Part shown: positions 1 to 9,837 of the stretch, piece after piece
Layout of the letters: every line of letters begins with the position of its first letter
How positions within the stretch are numbered: position 1 is the stretch's first letter
Virus record (IMG/VR): IMGVR_UViG_3300025860_001451
Span: 3,635-67,634 of that record
Direction: 5' to 3' (one strand)
Length of the DNA stretch: 64,000 nt
DNA from: a virus
Position numbers and translations under genes: made by a program
The notes under the pieces: model-generated
Seen by the model: only the letters and a program-made list of their open reading frames with translations
Database searches by the model: none
Told to the model about the DNA's origin: nothing

Positions 1-1
1 A

Positions 2-1045
2 AATGATGTTATTACTGGTTCGTCAAATAAATTTGGCTCCAGATCTAAAATAGATTTAGAAACAGAAAGTGTTAGGTTAACAAATTTTGGTAGAAACTCA
101 GGGACACAAGCACAACAACAATTAAAAGCCTCAAAAGGTCAAGCTTTAAATTTGTTTCAACGATCAGTGCAGCAAGACGAAGAATATAAAATAGAGAAAA
201 AGAGAAGAAAGAAGGCTTTTTGGGATAGTCTTATCAATGCCGCTATTGGAGCTGTTGTCTCAGCTGGTGTAAATGCCGCCGCTAATGGGGCCGCAAATGC
301 TGGAGCAGAATATGACGCGACAGTGCCAATAGCAGAACAAACAAAGCTTGGCAGATTCGGTGCCCAGACAAAGGGTGTATTTACAGGTGCACGTATTCCA
401 GGAGGAGGCGGCCAAAACTACGGAGGTTTGGTTAATGTAGTTAATAGCAGAGGAAACGTCACGGCCTCTAATATTCAGGCTTATCAAGCCTCACAAGGAG
501 TTACCAGAAACGTGTTTCAGTCTGATGTGTCAGGGTCTAATCTGTCGGGTTCTAATATAAGATCGGCAAGCGAAAGACCAAACATTTCAAGCTACGCTGA
601 TTTTAATGATGTTTCTAGGCTTCGGCCAATTAATAGGGCGACTGGAGGATCCATACCACAGGCTTCTGGGGTAGATACTGTACCTTCAATGTTGTCTGGT
701 GGAGAGTTTGTAGTAAATAGCTCTGCAGCAAACAGAATAGGGGCTAATAGGCTGAATGATTTAAATAGTGGATCAGATAGTGAGGATTCAAAAAATTCAG
801 ATTCATATTCAAAAGAAGTTATTGATAAGCTACAAGAACTAATAGAATCTAATACTGGTAAAGTTGGAGACATATCAATAACGGTGAATTCTGATGGTTC
901 TGGAGAAACCCAACAAGGTGGAGAAGATTCGGAGGATACAGATAAAAAAGACCAATCAAGAATGGCGAAAATCATAAAAGCTCAGGTTCTACAGGTTATT
1001 GACGAAGAGCAAAGAATGGGCGGAAAACTTAGAAGAAAGTTATAA
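2..1045 (+). CDS. Tail tape-measure protein, C-terminal part (5'-truncated by window)
   Basis: Frame is open from nt 2. Ala/Gly-rich stretch followed by ATGG..GVDTVPSMLSGGEFVVNSSAA..IG and a terminal 'IDEEQRMGGKL' motif, typical of tape-measure C-termini. Confidence 0.7.
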   Translation, partial: NDVITGSSNKFGSRSKIDLETESVRLTNFGRNSGTQAQQQLKASKGQALNLFQRSVQQDEEYKIEKKRRKKAFWDSLINAAIGAVVSAGVNAAANGAANAGAEYDATVPIAEQTKLGRFGAQTKGVFTGARIPGGGGQNYGGLVNVVNSRGNVTASNIQAYQASQGVTRNVFQSDVSGSNLSGSNIRSASERPNISSYADFNDVSRLRPINRATGGSIPQASGVDTVPSMLSGGEFVVNSSAANRIGANRLNDLNSGSDSEDSKNSDSYSKEVIDKLQELIESNTGKVGDISITVNSDGSGETQQGGEDSEDTDKKDQSRMAKIIKAQVLQVIDEEQRMGGKLRRKL

Positions 1046-4000
1046 TGTTTGATGCAAAATTAAATTATGAAACTAGGTTTTTTGCTGACGAGTATGAAAT
1101 ATTCGGAGCTTCGAACGTAGACCTACAATACAATAATAACCCGTCTGTATTAAAACCAATAGGGACAAGCAGGGGGGTTACTGTGCCTTCTGGCCCTGTG
1201 AGTCAAACGCTATCTGTAAATAGGAGTTTGTTATACAAAGATCCAATTTTAGACTCCTACTTAAGATGTAGCCCAATGCACCCTATGGCGGTTAGTGTTT
1301 ATTACGAGGGCGAACATTATGGGTTTGAAAAAGGTTATTTAAACTCTCACTCTATAAACTGCGCTGTTGGCTCAGTGCCAAAAATAGCCACAAGCTTTTT
1401 GGTGTTCGACCAAATGGAAAAAGGCAAAGATGCAAGCAATAATTTAGATCCAAGAGAACACCCATTAATACAAATACCGAATCAAGGGTCAATATCAATA
1501 GACTGCGATGGGTCTTCTACTAATAGGGTTGTTGGTTTTAATCACAGTTTATCAATACAAAGAAAAATCAGAAATGGTATAGGTTATGGAGGCTTTTCTT
1601 TTGTTGAGTTTTTACAGCCAATAGAATACTCGGCGTCTGTTGAAATAGATGTTGACGATGCTTTTTTGCAAAGCTCTTTTGCTTTTTTAGAAGACAGAGA
1701 AAATAAAACGGTAACACTCTCAATAAAAGATAGACATGGCGATATTATACAAACCGCCAGCATTCCAAATGCAAGCCTCGTATCGGAAAATTTAAAAATT
1801 TCAGAAGACGGCACAGCTAAACTTTTTCTTACTTATGTTGGACATGAAAAATGGGAGCAGGGCGAAGGTTGCGAAGCGTTACCAGAAAAGCCTTCTTTCA
1901 TAGCTCCACCAAACCCAATCTTGCCGCCAGAAGGAGCTGAACTTATACCCCAAAAACCAGCAGAGTATGATCCATCATCCCCCCCAGAGTCCTGTGTCTT
2001 TTCGGTAGTGTTGTATGACACTGGGGGAGATGGCTGGCAAGGGGGGAAGTTGGATATTCTTTTAGATGGGCAATTAGTCGCAGCAGATTTAACGTTGGGT
2101 GGAAGCTCTGTTATTTATGATTTTTTTGTAACAGAAGGTTCTATTTTAACTGTTGAGTATACCGAGGGGTTATCATCAGAGCAAAATCATTATTCGGTTT
2201 TTAACTCTTATGGAGGAGGAGGAACACAGCTTTTTGCAAGCACCATAGGCCAAACTCCACCATTATCACAAGAAATAAACAACTCTTGCGGGGTTATTTC
2301 TGTTGAATATGATTGCAATTTTTCAATTGGTTTATACGACCTTTTTGGAGAGGGTTGGTTTGGGGGTTCCGTGACTGTTTTGGTGAACGGAAATCAAGTT
2401 CCAGGTATAACATCCGCTACACTTGTAGATGGGTTTGGGCCTACGTTCTTCAACTTCGGGGTTAATGAAGGAGACACCATTCAAGTTCAGTATTCGCCTG
2501 GAACTCAAGGATCGGAATTTAACTACTATAAAATTTTTAGCGGAACAGGAGGTTCTGGTGATGAAATTTTTCAAAGCACAGAAGGTGTAGAGCCTGATGC
2601 TTTAAGTGTCATAACGAATACCTGTAATTATATAGCTCCTCCTACAACAGTATGCACATATTCAATATCTTTAACAACTGATTCATACCTTTCTTTTCCT
2701 ACGTTCAACCCGACTTGGACGGACGATGAAGGAGGAACGGTTTACGCTACTATTTTGCTAGATGGAATCCCGTCACCAACAGCGACAAACTTTACGTTAT
2801 CTGGGCAGCAACCAGAAATTTTCAATTTTGAAGTGCTAGACACTCAGGAGATTAGTATTTCTTTTGTCACAAATGATAATGGCCGTTTATATGACCTTTT
2901 ATATGAGATTTATGACGAAGCTGATGGGGCTGGAAATAAAAACGAGGAACATCATGTTGAAGATGGGAATATAATATTGAAAAATTATTGCGGAACACCA
3001 TACGGCCCATTTGATTGTACTTATTCAATTAAATTAAATAAATTGGAGGACACGTTTGATGATGGTTGGGATGCTGGCGGGACGGTAACCGCTGTCGTCG
3101 ATGGGTTGCCAGATAGGTTTTTGACCGAAGAATATATGGGTCCTGGGGAGGGTGGTAAAATATTAAATTTTGGCGTCAACCAAGGAGATACGGTGTTTAT
3201 AGAAGCAACTAAAAATCCAAATGGTTTTTCAGATAATAATGTTTATCAAGTTTATGACGGCCCAGACGGTACAGGAACAGAGATTTTCTCAGTTTTTCCT
3301 TACGTTGGAATGGAACTAAATCAAGAAATATATAACGATTGTGGATTGACTCCTGTAGTTTATGATTGCGTTTTTTCCATAACCTTATACCAAGATTCTC
3401 CTATTTCTGATAAGGGGTGGTATGGTTCGGTTTTAACCGTTCTTGTAAATGGCGTCGCGTTACCATACCTTACAAACAAAACACTTTATTTTAACGGATC
3501 TATAACTTATAACTTTAGCGTTAATGCTGGAGACATTATAACTGTAGAATACGATTATACAAATAACCAGGCTGGGCTAAATAGGGTTTACGACGAGATA
3601 AATAATTATGTTGTTTTTAATGGTCCTGACGGAACTGGAGAAGAACTTTATAGAGGCAACGCTGGAGAGGTCCCACCTCTATCAAATACTTTGCAGAATA
3701 ATTGTGGATTTGTGGGTCCGATAACCCCATCAGCACTAACAGCGGTAGCTCTTTCACAAACAGAAATTCAATTAAATTGGACAGACAATTCTAACGATGA
3801 AAATGGTTTTGTTATACAAAGGTCTAATGATGGTTTAACATGGATAGAAATAGCAACAACAGCAGCAGATATAACTACATTTACTGATAATTCTTTATTT
3901 GGTAGCCAGCTGCGTTATTACAGGGTAGCTTCTTTTTATAGCCCTAATAGTGAAACAGATAGGTCTTTATATACAACGGCCGCTTCAGCAACCACAAACC

Positions 4001-7000
4001 CTGTTACTGGAGATTGTTTAATGTCTTTTGCATTATCTCACGACGATTTAGTTGGCTGGCTTGGGGGCGCTGTCGCTTGTACAATGACGGTTCTTGTCAA
4101 TGATGTAGCGGTTCCTGGCTTGATTAATATTGGATCTCCAGATCAAGGGCCTGAAATATTCAATTTTGCCGTTTTAAAGACAGACGAAATAAAATATGAG
4201 TTTGTAGCGGGGACAGATAGCCAGCAAGGTTTAAAAATAGAACTATTTAACGCACTTGATGGGGGTGGGGACTTGATTTATTCTAGATTATCAAATCCTG
4301 GAGACCCTTTGTTAACTGGTACTTATGGCCCAATATTCACATGTGGGCCATCAGCACCTACTGGCTTAACGGCAACAGCTTTAACTGAGTCAACAATGAG
4401 TTTGTCTTGGACAGATAATTCTTCAGACGAAAACGGTTTCCGATTAGAGAGATCTACGGATCAAACAAATTGGACCGTTGTGATTAATTTGCCAGCAAAC
4501 ACATTATCATTTAACGATTCTGGGTTGTCAGAGTTAACAACATATTATTATAGGGTTGCATCTATTTATACGGCTGGAGGCGAATCTTATTCTTTAATAG
4601 CTTCAGATACAACGCCAGCAGGAGTTTCAGAAGATTGTATAATGTCGGTTGCGATTTTTGATTCTTTTGGGGATGGTTCTAATGGCACAAATATTGACAT
4701 CTTAATAAACGGCGTTGAAATTTTAACAGGTTTGCAATTATTATCAGGTTCTGGCCCAGAATATTGGGATTTTGCGATGAGCAACAATCAAGAGTTAACT
4801 GTTAGGGTTAACGAGGTGGCCTGGAGGAACGAGTTCTCTTATATAGTCTATGAGGGCTCTGCAGGTTCTGGTCCTATCGTTTATTCTGTAGGTGTAAACC
4901 CTCCTATTGGTTTGACTAGCGTTATATATACATGTGATTTAGGGATTTTTTATTCTACAACTCTTGGTTTTAATTCAATCCAATTAGATTGGATAGATTA
5001 TGGCACCTCAGAAGATGGTTACGAAATTGAAAGGTCTATAGATCAAATCAGTTGGACACTAATAACGACAACTGGACCAGATATAATTACGTTTACTGAT
5101 ATTGGATTAGCACCTGAAACCTTATATTATTATAGGATAACAGATTTTTATACAGGAGGAGGACCAAGCGTAAGCTATACAACAGAAAGTACAACCGACG
5201 CAGCATCTTTTAGCGCCACCCCAATTAGTTTTAATTTAATGCAATTAGATTGGGACGATTTTGGTGCAACGGAAGATGGTTATGAAATTGAAAGGTCTAT
5301 CGATGAAACAAATTGGACGTTAATAACGACAACCGCTCAAGACGTAGTTACGTTTACTGACACTGGGCTCATATCTGAGACTTTATATTATTATAGAATA
5401 ACATCTTTTTTTACAGGTGGGGGATCAGTCGCTAGCATTACGACACAAGCTACAACAAACCCAGTGTCGTTTACTGCCACTAGCCTTGGTATTAAGTCAA
5501 TACAATTAGATTGGGAAGATTATAGCGCCTCAGAAGATGGTTATGAAATTGAAAGGTCTATCGACCAAACAAATTGGACGTTAATAACGACAACTGGACC
5601 AGACGTAATTACGTTTACTGATACTGGGTTAAACCCTGAAACATTATATTATTATAGGGTAACAGATTTTTATACAGGAGGAGGACCAAGCGTAAGCTAT
5701 ACAGCCCAAGCGACAACAGACGTTATGTCATTTACTGCGACAACTATTGATTTTGCTACAATACAATTAGATTGGGGCGATTTTGCAGACGGAGAAGATG
5801 GCTACTTTATAGAAAGATCTGATAGCGGAGGCTTTAACCCTTGGACACCAGTAACCACAACTGGACCAGATGTAATTACGTTTACTGATACTGGACTAAT
5901 TCAAGATAATTTATATGCTTATAGGATAACTTCTGTCCATACAACTGGAGGAACACCAGTTACATATCCTCTTTCGGGTTTTGTTACGGCTACTACAGAT
6001 GTTCTGGTAGCATCTGTTACCGCTGTTAAGGGTTCTTTCCCTTTATCTGCGGACGAAATGCAATTAAGTTGGACAGATTATGCGTCTGATGGAGATGGTT
6101 ATGACGTAGAAGTTTCTACAGATCAAACAAACTGGACGTTATTGGGCTCAACAGCACAAGGCGTAACTACGTTCACCGCCACTGGTTTATCATTTTTTAC
6201 TTTAACTTATTTTAGAGTAACATCTATTTATATAGGAGGCGGACCAGTGGCTTCCGTCACAACAAGCGAGTATACTCAACCTGACCCCAATGAAAACTGC
6301 GTAATGTCGGTTGCGATTTTTGATACTTTTGGAGATGGTTCAAACGGAATTCGTGTCCAAGTCATCACCAGACTCGATGGAACAGGCCCTTTCTTTTGGC
6401 CATTCAGTACTCAAGGTGTCCAGCTTTTTGATGGATTTGGTCCAGAATACTTCAATTTTCCATTACCCGATGCTCACGAATTACAAACCCAGGTGCTATT
6501 CGGACAAAATCCAGAGCAATTCCGATATGTAGTTTATGACGGCGCAGACGGCTCTGGCAATGTGGTATATGATTCTGGTCTTAACCCCACATTCAATCTC
6601 ACTACTCCGCCCTTATATAAGTGCGGCGCACCCGCAACGCCTTCAAACTTCACGGCTTCAAGTGCAACTCCAGCCATAGGACAAGTCCAATTAGATTGGA
6701 CAGACAATTCTGGCGACGAAGATAGTTTTATTATAGAAAGATCATTACTGGGAGGAATATTCGATACATGGGAGCAAGTAGCTACACTCGGCCCAAATGT
6801 AACAACTTATATAGACAACACATACACCCCTGGAACCTCTATGGAACACAGATGGCTGTATTATAGAGTATACTCGGTAAAAAACGGTGTTAAAAGTACT
6901 AGGTTAGATGGAATTGGTGCTGGTGGCAGCTTGGATTCATTCTATACTGGAGACTGCGAAATGTCACTTTTACTCCAATACCAAGGACAAGACACATGTA

Positions 7001-7257
7001 ATTTGGATGTTTTAGTTGATGGAGTCCAGATTATTACGGGAGCTACAGAATTAGCTTCCGCTACTGGCGAATGCTGGTATAATTTTGGAATGAATTCTTT
7101 TGAAGAACTCACCCTTTTCATTAACGGGTGCCTAAACAACTCATCTTTCTATTATAGATTATATAATGGTAAGAATGGATCTGGGGGTCCAGTATCTCCA
7201 GGCGTTCTCGAACCGCCCGATGGGCTTACGCCAGTTATATTTACCTGCGGTCTTTAA
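1045..7257 (+). CDS. Giant virion protein: N-terminal tail-tube-like domain + 9 Cys-bounded 'DxxGDGW' beta-domains + 8 fibronectin type III domains
   Basis: Directly follows the tape-measure gene (TAATG overlap). FN3 motifs (QLxWxD..E.G..IERS..W..F.D.GL..T.YYYR). Repeated CxxS..D..GDGW units. The N-terminus resembles that of 37239..43457. Confidence 0.7.
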   Translation: MFDAKLNYETRFFADEYEIFGASNVDLQYNNNPSVLKPIGTSRGVTVPSGPVSQTLSVNRSLLYKDPILDSYLRCSPMHPMAVSVYYEGEHYGFEKGYLNSHSINCAVGSVPKIATSFLVFDQMEKGKDASNNLDPREHPLIQIPNQGSISIDCDGSSTNRVVGFNHSLSIQRKIRNGIGYGGFSFVEFLQPIEYSASVEIDVDDAFLQSSFAFLEDRENKTVTLSIKDRHGDIIQTASIPNASLVSENLKISEDGTAKLFLTYVGHEKWEQGEGCEALPEKPSFIAPPNPILPPEGAELIPQKPAEYDPSSPPESCVFSVVLYDTGGDGWQGGKLDILLDGQLVAADLTLGGSSVIYDFFVTEGSILTVEYTEGLSSEQNHYSVFNSYGGGGTQLFASTIGQTPPLSQEINNSCGVISVEYDCNFSIGLYDLFGEGWFGGSVTVLVNGNQVPGITSATLVDGFGPTFFNFGVNEGDTIQVQYSPGTQGSEFNYYKIFSGTGGSGDEIFQSTEGVEPDALSVITNTCNYIAPPTTVCTYSISLTTDSYLSFPTFNPTWTDDEGGTVYATILLDGIPSPTATNFTLSGQQPEIFNFEVLDTQEISISFVTNDNGRLYDLLYEIYDEADGAGNKNEEHHVEDGNIILKNYCGTPYGPFDCTYSIKLNKLEDTFDDGWDAGGTVTAVVDGLPDRFLTEEYMGPGEGGKILNFGVNQGDTVFIEATKNPNGFSDNNVYQVYDGPDGTGTEIFSVFPYVGMELNQEIYNDCGLTPVVYDCVFSITLYQDSPISDKGWYGSVLTVLVNGVALPYLTNKTLYFNGSITYNFSVNAGDIITVEYDYTNNQAGLNRVYDEINNYVVFNGPDGTGEELYRGNAGEVPPLSNTLQNNCGFVGPITPSALTAVALSQTEIQLNWTDNSNDENGFVIQRSNDGLTWIEIATTAADITTFTDNSLFGSQLRYYRVASFYSPNSETDRSLYTTAASATTNPVTGDCLMSFALSHDDLVGWLGGAVACTMTVLVNDVAVPGLINIGSPDQGPEIFNFAVLKTDEIKYEFVAGTDSQQGLKIELFNALDGGGDLIYSRLSNPGDPLLTGTYGPIFTCGPSAPTGLTATALTESTMSLSWTDNSSDENGFRLERSTDQTNWTVVINLPANTLSFNDSGLSELTTYYYRVASIYTAGGESYSLIASDTTPAGVSEDCIMSVAIFDSFGDGSNGTNIDILINGVEILTGLQLLSGSGPEYWDFAMSNNQELTVRVNEVAWRNEFSYIVYEGSAGSGPIVYSVGVNPPIGLTSVIYTCDLGIFYSTTLGFNSIQLDWIDYGTSEDGYEIERSIDQISWTLITTTGPDIITFTDIGLAPETLYYYRITDFYTGGGPSVSYTTESTTDAASFSATPISFNLMQLDWDDFGATEDGYEIERSIDETNWTLITTTAQDVVTFTDTGLISETLYYYRITSFFTGGGSVASITTQATTNPVSFTATSLGIKSIQLDWEDYSASEDGYEIERSIDQTNWTLITTTGPDVITFTDTGLNPETLYYYRVTDFYTGGGPSVSYTAQATTDVMSFTATTIDFATIQLDWGDFADGEDGYFIERSDSGGFNPWTPVTTTGPDVITFTDTGLIQDNLYAYRITSVHTTGGTPVTYPLSGFVTATTDVLVASVTAVKGSFPLSADEMQLSWTDYASDGDGYDVEVSTDQTNWTLLGSTAQGVTTFTATGLSFFTLTYFRVTSIYIGGGPVASVTTSEYTQPDPNENCVMSVAIFDTFGDGSNGIRVQVITRLDGTGPFFWPFSTQGVQLFDGFGPEYFNFPLPDAHELQTQVLFGQNPEQFRYVVYDGADGSGNVVYDSGLNPTFNLTTPPLYKCGAPATPSNFTASSATPAIGQVQLDWTDNSGDEDSFIIERSLLGGIFDTWEQVATLGPNVTTYIDNTYTPGTSMEHRWLYYRVYSVKNGVKSTRLDGIGAGGSLDSFYTGDCEMSLLLQYQGQDTCNLDVLVDGVQIITGATELASATGECWYNFGMNSFEELTLFINGCLNNSSFYYRLYNGKNGSGGPVSPGVLEPPDGLTPVIFTCGL
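4981..5960 (+). repeat. Four tandem ~261-bp FN3-coding repeats
   Basis: CAATTAGATTGG starts at 4981, 5242, 5503 and 5764 (261-nt period). Copies 1 and 3 share long identical tracts such as acagatttttatacaggaggaggaccaagcgtaagctataca. Confidence 0.9.
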
Positions 7258-7424
7258 TTGTTGTTTTGAGGGTCTATCAAATCATTAAGTAATAAAAAGA
7301 AATTTTTTCTTAGACTTTTTGGGGTTTTTACGTATTGTTTTTTAGCTCTTCTGTAAACGCGGCGAGTAGTCGCGTCTTGAGGGTTTATTATTCTTCTTAT
7401 TTTTTTTGCTATTCTGTTGTTCAT
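7254..7424 (-). CDS. Small basic hypothetical protein (56 aa, MNNRIAKKIRRIINPQDATTRRVYRRAKKQY...)
   Basis: Hand-translated and below the ORF-track cutoff. ATGA overlap with the upstream GNAT gene, and it fills the gap exactly. Confidence 0.6.
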   Translation of the reverse strand: MNNRIAKKIRRIINPQDATTRRVYRRAKKQYVKTPKSLRKNFFLLLNDLIDPQNNN

Positions 7425-7873
7425 AGTTTCGATATAAATAAAGTAGAGTCTTTTAAGAAACCAAGTTTTTTATAAAACTTTTCGTTTCTTTTGCAACAAG
7501 GGTTTTTTTCTACAGTGGTTAAAGTTATGTAATTGAATTTGTTTTTCCTTGCAAAAGAAATAGCTTCTTTTAAAAGCTTGTAACCAAATTTTGGATTCTT
7601 AGATAGCCATAAATATTCAGAAAATATATTCTCACCAAACTTTATGTTTTCATTTACAAAGCAAATAATAGCATCATATTTATCTTCTGTTTTATTAGCC
7701 CAAACAAAAAAAGACCAGGTAAGTATTTTCCTATTAGCAAAACGCTTTTTGATTGATTCTTTATCGTGTTTTACTAGTTGATGAGCATTTTTTTCATCAT
7801 CTTCTTTAAATAAGATGTGAATATCATCCAATAGCTTGCAGAACTCTTCTGGGTCTTTTATTCTTTTTATCAT
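7421..7873 (-). CDS. GNAT-family N-acetyltransferase-like protein
   Basis: 150 aa with GYKLLKEAISFAR (motif A) and KFYKKLGF (motif B). Confidence 0.65.
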   Translation of the reverse strand: MIKRIKDPEEFCKLLDDIHILFKEDDEKNAHQLVKHDKESIKKRFANRKILTWSFFVWANKTEDKYDAIICFVNENIKFGENIFSEYLWLSKNPKFGYKLLKEAISFARKNKFNYITLTTVEKNPCCKRNEKFYKKLGFLKDSTLFISKL

Positions 7874-8688
7874 TTAGATATAATACCAATAAGCTTTCTT
7901 GCTTCTTTTGCTGGAATATCTTCGAAAGAAGCCCAATCTTTTACGTCTTCGTTAACATACTTCTTGTCTGTCCATAAAGCTCTTAGAAGCTCTTTAAACT
8001 CGTCGAAGCTGTTTACGTCGTGCTTTGCCGCCAAAGTCTTCTCAAGTAGCCCAGAAGGCGTTATAGGCTTAGAGGAGGCGGTTTGTGTACTGTTGCCAGT
8101 TGGTGTTGGATCTGACTTGTCAATCTCATCAGCACCAACGATGTGGATATTGAGGAAGTTGCGGACGCAACGAACTAAAGCCCTGTTGCAAGCAATCGTC
8201 TCAAGAAACTTATCGCAGAACGCATTGGTGTTTTCTATTGTGGCGTTAGCGCAATCTTGATAGACAATATGAGACATCTCGTTTTCATAATTGCCAATAA
8301 AGGAAATATTACAATTAGCCGTAACATAACCGTCACTGACATTTTCTACTTCGAAGCTAAGATGCTTGTAACCCCTTAAGCGAAGCAAGTCTTTAATGCC
8401 TCCAAGCATAACAAGCAACTGATTGTCTTTAAGCCCTTCAATAGAACGGGGAACTTCTTTGTTGCGCATTTCAAACCAGCCTTTGTTGGGATAAAGGAAC
8501 TCTGATTTAATCATAGCCCTCCAATCAACAGATCCGTCTTCGTTGAAATGGTATTCGGTATTCTCTAATAGTCCATGCTCGTTTCTTTTGTAAACGTCTG
8601 GACCATAAAATGGTTTTGTTTCTACTGGCTTTTTTGCAACAGTTTTCTTGGCGGCTTTTTTGGCGGTTGTTTTTTTAGCTTTGCTCAT
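7870..8688 (-). CDS. Putative single-strand annealing protein (Rad52/Erf/RecT-like fold)
   Basis: ETIACNRALVRCVRNFLNI..GADEI resembles the AxTxAxxRAxR..DE helix of annealases. Likely start is MSKAKK (8688). Confidence 0.45.
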   Translation of the reverse strand: MSKAKKTTAKKAAKKTVAKKPVETKPFYGPDVYKRNEHGLLENTEYHFNEDGSVDWRAMIKSEFLYPNKGWFEMRNKEVPRSIEGLKDNQLLVMLGGIKDLLRLRGYKHLSFEVENVSDGYVTANCNISFIGNYENEMSHIVYQDCANATIENTNAFCDKFLETIACNRALVRCVRNFLNIHIVGADEIDKSDPTPTGNSTQTASSKPITPSGLLEKTLAAKHDVNSFDEFKELLRALWTDKKYVNEDVKDWASFEDIPAKEARKLIGIISK

Positions 8689-9835
8689 AAATATAAAAGT
8701 AATCTGACTCTTCCCAGTAATCAGCATTATCCACTATATAATCCGAGTTGTCAATATTATTTTTCCAGTGGTATGTAGATTTGTAAGATTTACTGCCGTC
8801 AATAACCGTTTTAAAAGAAATAAATTTATCTTTTTTGCTTACATTTTTTGGTTTTTCTTTTTGAGGGTTGTAAATATCTACCTTCTCTTCGAAATATCTA
8901 AATCTCAAATTATCTAATATTTTCTCATCTTTGACCAAAAATAAAAACTTTATTCCTAGTGTCTTTAACATCAATAAGTATTCTTCTGGTATAATTTTTT
9001 GTTCGTTTTCTACTATAAGGGTTATGTTTTCTATATTATTAGAATAAGCTGTTATTATTTCTGCGTTAATTATAGAGTCTTTTAAGATTATATTACATTT
9101 ATGATTTTTTAAATATTCTTGAAAAACTTTTTCTGGGAAATTTCCTAAATCGAGCCTTAAGTTTATTACATTTTCTTTAAATTCGTGCATATTAAAATAT
9201 TCTGTAGGCACAACATCAACACAGAATTCTTTATTTTTATTTGCTGCTTTTGTTTTGAAATTAACCTTTTCTTGTAGGGTCAATTTTTTACCTAATAGCT
9301 TTAAAATTGAGTTGGCTATTTCTTCAGCTGGTATTTTGTTTATGGCATCTTCTGGATCATAAACATTCATGCATGGTTTGCAGTCCCAGTCTGGCTCAAT
9401 ATCTATCTTGTTATTTTTATTTGACCAGTAAGGAGTTGTTATTGAAGAATATATGTTGCCATAAATACAAATTGTTTTGATACCTTGACTGCTTGCATAC
9501 TGAGACTCTGCGTTATCAACAGAAATAAACAGTAAAGACTTTGAAACTATGTAAGCATTTTTTCTAAAACTTAATCCTGAATAATAGTAATCCGCCCTAT
9601 TTGTTATATTGTCTCCGTCTCCTATTATTACAACTTTTATGTCAAGAGAATTTAAAACGTTTTTTATTAAATCTAAAACAAGAGCGTAATACCTGTATTT
9701 TTTTGCCTCTATTCCTTGTTCGTTATATATAACAATATATTTTTCTGGTATTACTGGAAAAAAATGTTTGTTTACAACAACCTTAGTTGGTTTAACTTCT
9801 AGGTTTTTTGAGTATTCTTTTAATAAGTGTGACAT
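8675..9835 (-). CDS. Glycosyltransferase family 9-like protein (C-terminal Rossmann half plus extension)
   Basis: VVIIG..LSFRKNAYIVSKSLLFISVD..YASSQGIKTICIYG..TPY matches the GT9 (heptosyltransferase) C-domain pattern. Confidence 0.6.
   Translation of the reverse strand: MSHLLKEYSKNLEVKPTKVVVNKHFFPVIPEKYIVIYNEQGIEAKKYRYYALVLDLIKNVLNSLDIKVVIIGDGDNITNRADYYYSGLSFRKNAYIVSKSLLFISVDNAESQYASSQGIKTICIYGNIYSSITTPYWSNKNNKIDIEPDWDCKPCMNVYDPEDAINKIPAEEIANSILKLLGKKLTLQEKVNFKTKAANKNKEFCVDVVPTEYFNMHEFKENVINLRLDLGNFPEKVFQEYLKNHKCNIILKDSIINAEIITAYSNNIENITLIVENEQKIIPEEYLLMLKTLGIKFLFLVKDEKILDNLRFRYFEEKVDIYNPQKEKPKNVSKKDKFISFKTVIDGSKSYKSTYHWKNNIDNSDYIVDNADYWEESDYFYIYEQS
8726..8754 (-). promoter_or_regulatory. 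Sigma70-type promoter
   Basis: TTGACA-17 nt-GATAAT on the minus strand, inside the end of the upstream gene. Confidence 0.55.
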
Positions 9836-9837
9836 AT

